Shown here: positions 13,560 to 26,472 of the stretch, piece by piece
How positions within the stretch are numbered: position 1 is the first letter of the stretch
How the letters are laid out: each line of letters begins with the position of its first letter
Assembly: GCA_048128005.1 (NCBI GenBank)
Contig: JBEUKZ010000010.1
Coordinates: 62,001 to 126,000 of the forward strand
Direction: 5' to 3'
DNA from: Veleropilina oligotropha
Lineage: Eukaryota
Length of the DNA: 64,000 nucleotides
The notes under the pieces: model-generated
What the model saw: only the letters and a program-made list of their open reading frames with translations
What the model was told of the DNA's origin: nothing
Databases searched by the model: none
Program-made: the position numbers and the translations under genes

Positions 13560-14001
13560 AGGAGGAAGAAAATAACAGACTTATTTAGGCAATGGATGCA
13601 AAGAAGAAAACAACTGGGACAATACGAACACCCCATATATTATTATCCGAACAGATACATGGAGATCTACCTTTCTTCAATTTTGTGAGAGTAAAGTCAG
13701 AGATCTTCCATGAGCTGTTTGTCAGACGGATGACAAAATATTCAATAAGAACACCTGATACAGAAAGTCAATTGAACCTGGTTTCCAGCTGGCCATAATC
13801 CCCCGGTATCTGAGCGCAGGAGACTCTACCATCACCTTATGTGTGGCTTCAGAGTAGCTCACAACACCATCTCCCTGATAATTCGTGAAGCCACAATTGA
13901 AGGGTTTGTTTATGAAGTAATTGCATGTCCCACAACACCTGCATAATGGAATAGAATTATTCATCAATTTGAAGTTCGATGGCAATCATTAGAAGCCCTT
14001 G
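13560..14001 (+). pseudogene. Degraded Harbinger (HARBI1-like) transposase
   Basis: Frameshifted translation FFNFVRV..FHEL..IEPGFQLAIIPRYLSAGDS..GFRVAHNTISLIIRE matches the Harbinger LAITLRYLATG..FRV..TIS block. Confidence 0.75.
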
Positions 14002-14009
14002 CTACTCTG

Positions 14010-14172
14010 CACAGGGGCCCGTAACGTTGCTTATCGTTCGTCTGTTTCCGTTTGACGATTGGCGCAGTTCATTGTTACTATATAATATAGTCTATATTAT
14101 ATAGTAACAATGAACTGCGCCAATCGTCAAACGGAAACAGACGAACGATAAGCAACGTTACGGGCCCCTGTG
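14010..14172. mobile_element. 163-bp perfect-palindrome MITE with an 8-bp TSD (P-element-like CACAG ends)
   Basis: 81-bp arms around a single base (14091); TSD CTACTCTG at 14002-14009 and 14173-14180. Confidence 0.9.
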
Positions 14173-14340
14173 CTACTCTGTATGTCAAAAGTCAGCATGC
14201 CCAGTTACGGACGACCTCGTACTGTCATATCAAGTCATCCGCATTGCAGCAGTGTCCAAATTCATCGCCTTGACATTTATCGTTCAACAGCATCTGTTTC
14301 TTAGTGGTATATTTTTACTCCTTTGAGGCTCATTAAAAAA

Positions 14341-15100
14341 ATAATATAAGTTGTCGGACGACGTCGCAGTAAATACGGTGGATTGAATACCGAATAAAGT
14401 TAAACCAGGAGGCGCTAGCGCCGTGTGGTTTAACGTTATGGGGTATTCAATCCAACGTATTTACCAAGACGTTGTTCGACAACGTATTTATCTTGATTTT
14501 ATCTTCATTTTACCTTGATTTCTTACCGTGATGCTTGATTAACAGAGTCCCGATTTCGTTCATAACACTTGTTAGCAGCCATTTGCAAAGCCATCTACGG
14601 TTTCAGTAAGGCCGAGTTATTTCCCTTGACGGTCAATAAGCCAATCAGAACAGAGGATTACGACGTCACCGTGGTATACGGGTCAATGAACCACGGCTGA
14701 GCGGGGTTCACGGTCAGTTAACAAAATGACGTCAGCCAATCAGAACAGAGAATTCGCGGCGAAATCAAGATAATATAAGTTGTCGGACGACGTCGCGGTG
14801 AATACGGTGGATTGAATACCGAATAAAGTTAAACCACGAGGCGCTAGCGCCGAGAGGTTTAACGTTATGAGGTATTCAATCCAACGTATTCACCAAGACG
14901 TTGTTCGACAACGTATTTATCTTGATTTCTTACCGTGAGGCTTCATTAACAGAGTCCCGATTTGGTTCATATTCATAACACAAGTTTGTTATTTATGATG
15001 ATAGCAGCCATTTGCAAATCAATCGACAGTTTCAGTAAGGCCGAGTTATTTCCCTTGACGGCCAGTTAGCCAATCAGAACAGTGGATTGGCGTCACCGTT
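14341..15100 (+). repeat. Tandem pair (period about 429 bp) of a hairpin-bearing element related to 12095-12628
   Basis: ATAATATAAGTTGTCGGACGACGTCGC starts at 14341 and again at 14770; each copy has an imperfect palindrome centred on GGCGCTAGCGCC. Confidence 0.75.
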
Positions 15101-15684
15101 GTTTATGGATCCATAATGGTGGGTGTAGCGGAGAATCAGTGATGTGTTTGTTGGCATCTTCATCACCGTCTGTCTGGATTCAATCTCCGATGCAAAATGA
15201 CTAGGACTCATTGCCATCTGCTTTCATTGGAGCCTGCTTCATATTTACTGTCGTAATGTAAAACTTGAGGTTGTCTTGATAGGTGAGAAGATAGTGATCC
15301 TGGCTGGTGTATTTATATTTTCCGTCGTCGAAACGTATTAGAAACGCCAGCACCCCTAAACCACCGTAGTGTTACCTCACTATTCTATGAATGCGTCCCG
15401 GTGTACCTTAATAATTCAGGACTGTCCATGGCGTCTACGTCATGGATTCGTATGTCATCGAGTATCCTCGGGTGTTGATGACGCCAAATATTACGATCTT
15501 CCAAACACTTTCGGTTTCCATTGCAATGTTGAGCCCAATATCTCTCTGCAGCTGGTCAACGAAAGTCAGAGACTGGACCTCGTGAGTTGCTAAGAATAAG
15601 GTCTCTTGCATCCAGTTCTAAATGTCACATGCAGTGTTCTGCCAGTCGAAATCTTCGCTTTCTGATTTGAAGGAGATCTCCATA

Positions 15685-18630
15685 TAGTAGAGGACGATAC
15701 AATATGATCCGTGATCATGTTTCGGGGAACTTGCTTTGAAGGTAGTTTTCTTATCACTGGAAGATACTGAAAAAAATGAGCTGGGGTGTCCCTCTCAAAA
15801 GTTTAGGCAACGCCCACCAGAGGGCGTTTTCTAAAATGGCCGCCGCGGACACTGAATATGCAATATAATTATATATTCCAAAAAATCATGTACAGATAAA
15901 TCCAGCACATCGATTTTCATGTTTTCAGGGGTGCGGAATTCATTTCTGATATTTATTTATCGATTAATACACCCCATCATGTCAATTTAGCGTTTGTGGA
16001 GCATTTTCGTCATAAAATAATGACTTAGATACATATGGCACCGTCCATGACACCGTCGATTAGCTTGCAGGATCTCAGGGACAGAGCTGGTAAAAATCTT
16101 GTAAAATATCTCTTAGTGTTGCCCGAATGCTGCAACAACCACTTAGCAGAAAAGAGAAAGATTCTGATTGTGTCAATCAATCAGGATTAAATGTTGGAAC
16201 TATTGTACCTCATCCATGTGAACCAATTCCACAAGCTTGCTATACTCGGCGTAGTAGTGGCACGTTCCACGACAAAGACCTCTGCAGTTGATGCATGCTA
16301 CCAAAATAAACCAAACATCCAAATCGAGATTATTTTCGTATCATTCAACAATAAAATTCGTGGAAAACATTCAAGGCACATATTATATACCTTGAGGAAC
16401 ATGGCTTTGGGGAACAGGATCCTGACAGTAATTGAATCTGAGTCTGATCCGTTTGCGGTGGAGATTCGATTTCATGTCATGCTGAAAAAATATGTCAAAC
16501 TTTCAATACATATACCAACCAAGATCTAACGACCGAAATAACTCCTGAATGTTCAATTTGCAGAAGTGAGGCACATTTTCCTGAAGCATGTTTGGACTGC
16601 CGTGTTCGTCAAAGTCAGAATATTGCTTCAAGTGGCTAGAAACCCTGAAGAGAAATCTCGAAGTGAATGCCAAACTGCTCTTAAGACATTGAGATCCAGA
16701 CACATCGTCATATGTCAATAGCCTCTTTGACCTGATGGAATCGGCAAAGAGTCCAATAGGAAAGAGAATATCGATCATATTCATGATGCTGAGACAGAAG
16801 TTTGCTATTGGAGTATTTGCCGATTCCATCATGATCAGCGATTCCATCATGATCAGCGATTCCAGAATCACAGATATGCATTTTACCTTCGGGTCTTCAC
16901 ATATATCTTAACTTGTTTGAAATTTCAACCATGTGAAAATGTACATAGGAGCATAGGCGGTTCTTCATCATTTGCGATTTCATCTCTACACGAGGAGGCC
17001 AAACAAACTGCTTCTTTGTTTGAAAGTGCTTCCGCTGTCGTCGACCTGCAGTTTCAATGTAGCTACCTCCATCTTCGGTAGCATACACAATTGTGCTCTT
17101 ATTTTTGTGAAAACGATCGTTGAAACTAATTTTGCCTCACAATTAGGCCTTTAGAATGTCATTAATCGTCCGCGTTTTTAACACAGTGTTATTGTGCCCA
17201 AAGTTATGCAACATTTGTGAGTAGTCGATAATATGCAGTCCTTTTAAAGTCCGTGGTTCTCCATTCTCGAACACGGCAGTTCAATCATGCTTCAGGAACA
17301 TGTGTATTACACCTGCAATTTGAACATTCTTGATATGGAGTTGTTTCGTTCGTTAGATCTTGGTTGTTATATACAGGTTTGACATATTTTTTCCAGCAAG
17401 ACAGGTACGTGATATCGAATCTCCGCCGTAAACAGATCAGACACAGATTCATTTACTGTACTGCCAGGATCTTGTTCCTCATGTCAGGTTCTTTAAGGTA
17501 TATAGTATGTGCCTTGAATGTTGTCCACGAATTGTATTTTTTAATGATATGAAAAGAATCTCGATATGGATGCTTGGTATCTTTTGGTAGAATGCATCAA
17601 ATGCATAGGACTTTGATGTGGAGCGTACCACTACTACGCAGAGTATAGCATGCTTGTGGAATTGGTTTACATGGATGAGGTACAATAGTTCCAACATTTA
17701 ATTCTGATTGATTGACACACTCGTTCTCTTTTCTGCTTAGTGGTTGTAGCAGGTTTCGGGCAACACCAAGAGATATTTTACAAGTTTTGTGCCTGATATG
17801 TCCCTTACGTCCAGCAAGCCAATCGACGGTGTCATGGACAGTGCCATATGTATCCAAGTCCTTCCATTTCAAGGTAAGTGTTTGCCGTTCTGGCCATAAA
17901 TGGAAGGATATGTTGAATGATCTTCATCGCAATCTTTTCCACATGAGATGCATGTTTTAGCATTAACTGAGGTGACATCTTTCGGATCTTAATGCTTTCT
18001 CTTCCGAGTTTTAAGAAGTGGTTTTGACATTATTTCCGTTTCTCATATCATAGTCATGGCCTGCAAAATATAACTGAAAATAAATTCTGAGGAAAATAAT
18101 ACATGACAAATAATTTTGAATTGTATTTCAATTATGGATTTTATTGAGGTAATTTGCCATTTTATGCATTCATGTATTGTACTTTTATGTAAACGATATG
18201 ATAGGAATAAGGGTAATTTAATTCTAGAATATTTCATATTTACCTGTATTACATAATGTTACTTTTGATTTTACTTGTAATATTAAATACATGTTTAGTG
18301 AATCGTAGTAATTATTTTTAAGAAATTTACATTACTTTTTATCCTGAAAATGCTCGCAAATGTCATATTGAAATGATGGAGTGTATTAAACGATATAAAC
18401 AAATATCAGGAATGGATTCAGCGCCCTTGAAAACATTTAAATCGATGTGCTGGAGTTATTTGTAGTTGATTATTTGGTTTATATATAGCATATTCGGTGT
18501 CCGCGGCGGCTATTTTGGAAAACGCCCTCTGGTGGGCGTTGTTCAATCTTTTGAAAGGGACACTCCTGGTCATAAGAAAACTACTTTAAGTTCCCTGCAA
18601 AATGGTCCCTGATCATATGGTCCTCCACTA
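15685..18630. mobile_element. Foldback DNA transposon with degraded transposase in both arms (Academ-like)
   Basis: Ends TAGTAGAGGAC.. / ..GTCCTCCACTA; long inverted homology (15685-16010 vs 18340-18630; 16020-16610 vs 17270-17865). The fragments SDPFAVEIRFH and IRSKRLLTYDD resemble Academ-type transposase motifs. No exact TSD. Confidence 0.6.
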
Positions 18631-19094
18631 TTATCGGTTCTCCGACAATAGGGTTGCTCACAATTGCAGTAAAATGATATAAATTGACTGTCCGCAGGTA
18701 GAAAGCCGACAAACCCAACTATCTGATTACTTTGGAAATATATTTCACCCGTTCATGTCTGCATGCTTTCCGTAAAGGGTTTGGCTGTCAAACTGTTTTA
18801 CTTAGAGCTCTCGAAGATTGTCTACAAGCTCTAGATGAAAACAAATATGCAGCTGCTGTCCTTATGGACTTGTCCAAAGCATTTGATTGTCTTCCCCATG
18901 AGCACCTAATTGGAAAATTGAAAGCTTATAATCTGAGTGAAAATGCGATCGAATTAATGGATAGCTATCTCTCAGATAGAAGGCAACGGGTCAAGCTTGG
19001 TTCCTGTGTTAGTTCATGGGAAACCTTAACTAAAGGTGTTCCACAGGGATCCATTCTTGGTCCCCTGCTTTTTAATGATTTATTCTATGTTATT

Positions 19095-22000
19095 TGTTTG
19101 TTTGTTTGTTTAAACATATTTTATTGAAATTATTCAATTGGATTGAGCAAAAAGTTATTACAACTTATCAAGTGCTCGCTCCATACATAATATAAATCAA
19201 TATATATTAACTCATGGCAAACCTTCAAATATTAACACAAAAGTATAAATGTTTTACATATTCATAGATAAGCAAGACAAACACATACAATTGCCTTTTA
19301 CAATATCATTAAATATCATTAAATAGATACTAGTATGATAATACAATCGTAAATTCCATATTGACTTATTGCCTAATATAATTCGATTTATTGTGGTGGA
19401 CATATCATTGAAATCTACCTGTTGATTCAATAAAGTTGTGAACAGCTTTAACAATGTTTTTGTTGTCAACAAGAGGAAGACTTGTGTTACCATGTAACAG
19501 CAGGTCAGGAGTGATGTTAGCATGTTTTGTTAGTTCCAAAAGCATAACAGTTCTTTGTACTGAAAACAGATCGCACTCAAATAAGAAATGCAACGTGTTT
19601 TCATTATGATAACCACATGGGCAAATTGGATCATCTATTAAATGATGTAAGAAAAGATCACCTTTGAGGTTACTACACCTATGTCTAAGTTTAGCATACA
19701 TGATCTGAGTAAGTCTTTTCCCAAAATCAAACCATTTGTTTTCTGTTAATTTGCACGATATGCTATTCTTAAAATGATTAATTGAAGTGGTATTACGAAC
19801 ACTGATACTTAAATTATTCCAAAGAGTAACTGTTGATGAAAAAAACGAATTTTTGTAAATATTTATCCTTGTATTAATATTGGAAAAATCGTCACCATTT
19901 CTTAATGGATATCGTGATATTTCGTTAACCAACGGCGGCATTTTTTCTTTAAGCTGTAACGGGGTAAGATTGTTTTTAATTTTATAAAACATCACAAGTT
20001 TATTGAATGAACGACGTTGTTTTAATTTGGGAATAGACGTTTCCTCAAGTAAGTTTACTAGCAAAGTGTACCTTGGCAGGCCCGTAATTATTCTTAGTGC
20101 TTCATATTGAATTTTTTCCAAACGTTCTTCTTCAAATTGTGTACAGCCATCCCATACTATATTGGCATATTCCAAAAGTGGTCTTATATGACTTAAATAT
20201 ATTTTTTTCAAATAAACAGTGTTTAATAAATATTTTAGCTTACGTAATGCAGAAACCATCTTCGATGCAGACGAGACAATGTTATCGATATAATCTTTCC
20301 ATTTACCATCATTTGATAATATTAATCCTAAGTGTTTGTGAAATTTCACAAAATTAACAGTTCTATTTAAGAAATTAAGATTTAAGTCAGCTTCTCCGCA
20401 TATTGTTATAAGCATTGCTTCCGTTTTGCCAGGGTGAAATTTCACTAACCAGTCTTCTGCCCGAATCTTCTATTTTTCGCATATCATCGCTTATAAAATT
20501 TTGGAGCTCGTCAAGGCTTCGGTGAGTAATCTTAAATAATGAAGTGTCGTCGGCAAATAACCTCACATCGCTCGAAATTTTGTCCGGTAGGTCGTTTACA
20601 AATATTAAAAATAGTAATGGTCCCAGCACAGATCCCTGTGGAACACCTGATGATATTCTTTGAATGCCAGATATTTCCTTTCCTACTCTCACTTGTTGCT
20701 GCCTGTCAGTTAAATAATGAGATATCCACTTTAATAAATCACCAGTTACGCCATAGTGACGAAGTTTGTGAAGTAGGCCTCGATGCCACACTCTATCAAA
20801 TGCTTTTGTTATATCAAAAAACACAATACACATATTAGTTCTGTCATTAAGAGACTTGCAAATGTTATCAAATATATCCAACAGCTGATAAGTTGTGGAA
20901 TGTCCAGCTCTAAATCCTGCTTGAAAACCAAGTAACAAATCATTAAAAAGTAAATAGTTGTGTAAATATTTGTGGATTATTCTCTCCATTAGTTTACCAA
21001 CACAGCTTATTAACGAGATTGGTCTATAATTAGTAATATTATCCCTGTCTCCCTTTTTAAAAAGAGGCATAACATGTGCTAACTTCCAACTTGTTGGAAC
21101 TTGACAATCTATTAGTGATCTATTAAATAGCAGAGCTAGTGGTTTTGCTATAGTTCTTTTCACCATTTTTAACATCTTATGATTAATAATATCGGGACCA
21201 GCTGCCTTATCTACATGTAGTGAACCTATCACATCAGTAACACCCTGAACTGATATGTTTATGTTGGTCAACACTTTATCTGTTTTTATACTAAAGTTAG
21301 GTAAGTCTTTGGCTTCATCATCCAAACTCGAAATACTTGCAAAATAATTATTCAGACAATTTGCTTTCTCAAAATCTGTATACATGATTCCATTGTCAGT
21401 TGATAGTGGCGGTATGGAATCATCTTTATCAGGCTTTATATTAGAATTAAATATTTTCCAAAACGATTTCGGGCTTTGCTTATTTGCATCCAACATGGTA
21501 TTTATGGTATCGTTATAAACAACTTTTGCGTACTTTATCATATTATTAGCTCGATTTCTGGCTCTTTTATAATCGGCCCAATCTTCCGGCTTATTCGATT
21601 TTCGTGCTTTATTAAAGCATCTGTGTCTAACTCGCATCTGTTTTCTAATATCTGAATTACGCAATTTTTAAAAATTCGGATTCAAATGTTTTACATGCTT
21701 CGCTGCATGTACTTGATAATGTAATCATATTTTCCCAATCGTATGATTCAATCATTCTGTTAAATTTGTCAATGTCCGTTCTCTTATAACACCATACATT
21801 TCGTTGGTATGCATGTTGGGTGCAATATCCGGATCGAATAGTTAAATATGTACCTAGATGGTCACTTAACTGCAGATCAACGACACCAGATGTGACCAAA
21901 GGGATATCATTGGTAATAATAATTAAATCCAACAAGGATGATGTGATACTAGTCACTCGAATAGGTTCATGTATTACATTTTCAAGATTAAAAATACCCA

Positions 22001-23294
22001 ATAAATCAGATATCATATGATTGTTTGCTTCAGAAATATTTTCATTGAAATCGCCAACTAAAACAACAGGCTTGCCGATTTCCAATGCCTCTGATATCAT
22101 ATCCTCTAGCTTATACCATACCGAGCGTAGACTATTAGGAGGTCTATACATCACACCAATCAGTACTTTGTAGCTTTTAAGGTCTGCTAACAACCAAATT
22201 ACTTCGAGGTCATGTATTTCTAGCTCATATATTCTAATAAATTTGATATTTGTTCTCACATAGATTGCAACACCTCCTCCATTTTCGTTGCGATCTCTTC
22301 TTTCAATTACGCAAAAACCTGGAATATTAATATCATCACTTAGCACATTATTATTCAAATGTGTTTCAGTTACACAAATTATATCATATTCGTCTGCAAG
22401 ATCTGATAGTTGCGATACTTTATAACGAAGGCTACGTATATTAATGTTTAGGATCGTAATGGTCGATAAATTAGCAATCGGACTAGGATTTTGTTCAATA
22501 TCACCACTCCTCAGTATAAGCATTCGTAATAACATCCATTCTATACCATTGCTTTTACAAATACTTATTCGGCTAATACAACGAAAGATAACAAATTTCA
22601 AATGGCATTCTCTATTGATAAAAATAGCGAACATAAAATAATGGTACAGCATAGTAGTACGAAAATCAATCGTGGAGGTTTTTATTATAATACTTCGGTG
22701 AGTATTAATATAAACTAGTATGCCATCTTCATTGAATAGGTATATTGTAGAATTATTGGAGAAAATATTTCTTAATAGGAACTTAATTTTGTTGACCAAG
22801 TTTATCCATGTATTCTTGCATATCCATGTATTAAAGAATATCAAAATAGTTTTATAAACAAAAATATTGATATAAACTAAATTTAAAACAACAAAACTTA
22901 TATACACTTGGTTTCTATTACACCTGGTAATGAAAAGTGCTATATGTTTGGTTTCCGACAATGTGCAGTTGTGTTGATCTTTGTTGTATATGCGAACTTT
23001 TTTGGAATATAATTAATATTCACATTATTGTTATCACTTTGCAGTTAACGAGAAGAAACAAAACAAAGTACCCAATCAATTCTAATACAAAATAAATACC
23101 AATTTAGGAACATGTAGACGTCACCGGGCATATCGTGATAAATATCGCCATTGCAAGTCTCAACTACTTTAATTTATTCAAATCGTCACTGCTCCGTATA
23201 TGGATAACAGGGGAATATTCCGTTTTCCTGCAGAGTATTCGGCCATCAAGTGTCCAGAGATAACTAATCTTTTTTAACTTGAAGACTTCTCTGG
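19095..23294 (-). mobile_element. Near-full-length CR1-clade LINE (AP endonuclease + RT + C-terminal Cys/His motif) with two frame breaks
   Basis: APE: NINIRSL, VTETHL, GGGVAIY, YRPP, GDFN, SDH. RT: FFDITKAFD, GVPQGSVLGP, LFADDT. C-terminal CPCG..HFLFEC. Tail AATAAA..(AAAC)n. Candidate TSD CTATGTTATT (19085-19094) / CTATTTTATT (23295-23304). Frame breaks near 21660 and 20445. Confidence 0.92.
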
Positions 23295-23586
23295 CTATTT
23301 TATTGATGTGTGATTTGTACAATTATGCAGACGATAACACTCTCTTCTATGCACATCAAGACTATGATACCGTGAAATCAATCTTAGAAAAAAACTGCAA
23401 CAATATCATCTCTTGGTTCTCAAATAATTATATGCAGGCCAATCCAGACAAGTTCCAGGCAATTGCCTTTGGAAAGAAAACGCATTCAATTTGCAAAGAA
23501 GTAACTATAAATAATTGCTCTGTTAATTGTGTTGACGAAGTCAAACTCCTTGGCGTCACGATCGACTTTCAGCTTAAGTTTGACAG

Positions 23587-24518
23587 CAGGGGCGGATCCA
23601 GGATTTTAGAAAAGGGGGGTCCAAATTTAATAAAATATATCTACTATCAACTGTCCGCGTGGGGGCCGGGGCCCCACGCGGAAGAAATTTTTTACAACTA
23701 ACTGTGTTAAACCCCCTCTCCTGCATTCTAAGAGTGCAAACTCTATATTTCTACCAACATTTATCAACCATTTTCACCAAGTTTAATGAGAAAATTTTCG
23801 TATTGGTAAAATATAGTACTATCAATTATTGTCGGGATGGGAACGGGGCGGTGCATAGTCGGATCCAGTATTCTGGAAAGGGGGTCCAACTTTTATATTA
23901 TACCATCAATGCTCCCATCATAAGAGAAGGAAAATGTTGACGATTAGTTGCGGGAGATCCCGTCCTGCACTCTGAGAGTGCAAATTCCGTATTGCCCCCA
24001 CGCGTAACGTTCATAATATAGCGAGATTCAGAATAGACTTAATACATTCGCACCCCCCCCCCCCACACACACACACACCCCCGTACGGGCCTGTATACAT
24101 ATTAACATTGGCATAGTAAGTAATTTTGAAAATGGGTCGGGGGGGGGGCATATCTACTTATCTACTATCCACTGTCCGCGTGGTGGTGGAGCCACACGCG
24201 GAGGAAAATTTTATTATTTAAAGACGTGAAACGTCTTCTCCTGCATTCTAAGGTGAAAATATCATGTTTTAGAGCAATATTTTCTGAAAATTTCCCAAGG
24301 AGCTGCCGAAAATGAAAGCAAACGTAGGGCTGGCCTATTCGCAGAAAAGCTCAAGTAAGGCGAGCGTAGCGAGCCAGCAAATTTTACATATTGATACACT
24401 AGGAATGGTGCATTTGCAGCGTTGCTTTTAATGATACAACAGTGTATATATTTTGGGGGTCTGAAAAAAGGGGGGGTCCGGACCCCCAGGACCCCCCCCC
24501 CCCCTGGATCCGCCTATG
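23587..24518. mobile_element. Non-autonomous DNA transposon with a 5-bp TSD (hAT5-like), inserted in the LINE remnant
   Basis: Ends CAGGGGCGGATCCAGG / CCTGGATCCGCCTATG; TSD GACAG (23582-23586, 24519-24523). Removing it restores the LINE frame QLKFDSHISTLC. Confidence 0.88.
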
Positions 24519-24829
24519 GACAGTCACATATCGACACTGTGCAGAAAAGCCTCACAACAACTGAAGGTTCTAAAGAGAATAGGCCCAAATTTGAATAAAG
24601 AATGCAGATTAATTGTATATCACTCATTTATTTTATCAAATTAAAATTATTGTCCTTTAACCTGGCACTTTTGCAGTGAAGGAACACAAAAAAACTCGAG
24701 AAAGTTCAGGAAAGAGCGCTTCGTTTTATATATAATAATTATAGCTTACCTTATGATGAACTATTATGTATGAGCAAATTTCCTTCATTACGTGTCAGAC
24801 GATGCTGTGAAGATTGTCTTTTTTAGGTC

Positions 24830-25660
24830 ACCGGCAATGGCAGATTGCCAACAAGTTCTTGAGGTCGCGAAGTGCTCGCCATGCTTGGCCACCTTAATCG
24901 GATGTCCTTTTTTTGTGAAACTGATAAAAGATCCAAGGTACGAACGTCCTCCTTGACTATGCTACTAAGGAATAATTCTTAGTGAAGATCTTGGCCTTCT
25001 CACCGATGTTGAATGTCATCACCTCTGTCTTCTTACCATTAAGGTGTGAATCCGAATTGTTTATCTTTCCCAGAGATTGCCTGATGTAGCGCATAGTCTA
25101 TGACGATCATAAAGAGGTATCGAGCTACGGCGCCACCTTACATTGAGCCTGCGCGGACTAACCACTAAGGTGTTCGTTTCACCAACAGGACAGATGCGTT
25201 GTCATATACATCATTGATCGACCGAATGTGCGGTGGGATACCGTAACCTCGAAGAATTTTCATCTTCCCCACCAGGTGGATCGAGTTCAAGGCTCCTTGA
25301 AATCTATTAATGTCATGACTTCCAGTAGATGTTTCCTTTACACACCCTCTATGATGCATCACGGTTGCACATCTTAGCTACCACAGAACTAAGGCTGATT
25401 CCTTAGTAGTTGTCTGTCTTGGTGAGGTCTCTAGAATTGGCGATTGAAATGGTATTGAGGATTGTCCATTGCTGAGAACGTTTAAGGTCCATGTTTTTTT
25501 ATAGCAATATAGAACTTACCAGGTAGTCAATAAGCACCCATTTCACTAATTTCAGTACTATGATATCATCACCACAACTCTGGCCTGCTTTCAACATGCC
25601 TTTAGCAGCTTGGTATTGGAGAGTCAATCTTTTATCGTTATTTATTGAAAGACTGGTTCT
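24830..25660 (-). mobile_element. Highly degraded RTE-type LINE RT fragment
   Basis: Minus-strand remnants DLTKTDNY.GISL and KMKILRGYGIP resemble RTE-clade RT motifs. Confidence 0.55.
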
Positions 25661-26472
25661 ATTTCATCGTCTTTATTTTCCACAAGGATTTTAAATAGAT
25701 TTAAATTAACACTTCAGGGTTCTAGAGCTGGTAGATATTTGTGAAACTACCTTGGTCCCGTGATATCACGCCAATGGGTTTAATATTTCAGGACTATGTT
25801 ATTGCGGAAGGAAAACTACTGAGACAGCCAGTTAAACTACACAAATTGTCGAACTGGGGAGTTCAACGCAAATACATTGCAATCAGTTTGCGTGAATTTC
25901 TAAACAACTCTCTAACCCACTTGGTCACCTTTGCAAGTTCATCATTTTTTTTTGGTAATCAAATTCATAACATACATGGTACACTTTGCATAAACAACAT
26001 TCTCATGAGATAACAAAGACACACAGTAGAGACATGTGCAGAAAGAATTAGAGAAATCACATGTCTTAATAATTGTGGGATATCCTTCAAGTTTGTTACG
26101 GGGAGGGGGAAATGGGATATAGTAATGCATTTAAAAATATATCAATAACTGATGCTGAAATTATTAAACATATATGAAGATTGCTATTCATTAAACGTGC
26201 ACATAATATTGAACTGCAGTCTGTCTCGAACTTGTTCATGGTTAGCTGGACCACATGACAATGACGGGGTCATATTTGCCGGTCTGGTGACAAGTATCAA
26301 ATTGACTGAAAGTTATAGTACCTGTCCATGTGACAGAGTGGGCTAAACTGTTAGTACCAAAGTCGTCAGGTCACATGATGAAACCACTGGTGGTCGTAAT
26401 TTTATTAGGTGGTATCACCGACAGACATAGCATTGATAAGCATTGATAAATGAACAGTTAAGACTGTCTCAT

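Larger units (their letters stand above)
18700..24800 (+). mobile_element. L2/CR1-type LINE RT remnant, split by two later insertions
   Basis: FRKGFGCQT..DLSKAFD..VPQGSILGPLLFNDLFY (to 19094) resumes as CDLYNYADDNTL..LKFD (23305-23586), then SHISTLCRKASQQL (from about 24522). Confidence 0.85.

Noticed and set aside
15100..15660. Possible degraded coding fragment on the minus strand
   Set aside because: Broken by stops, with no recognisable domain.
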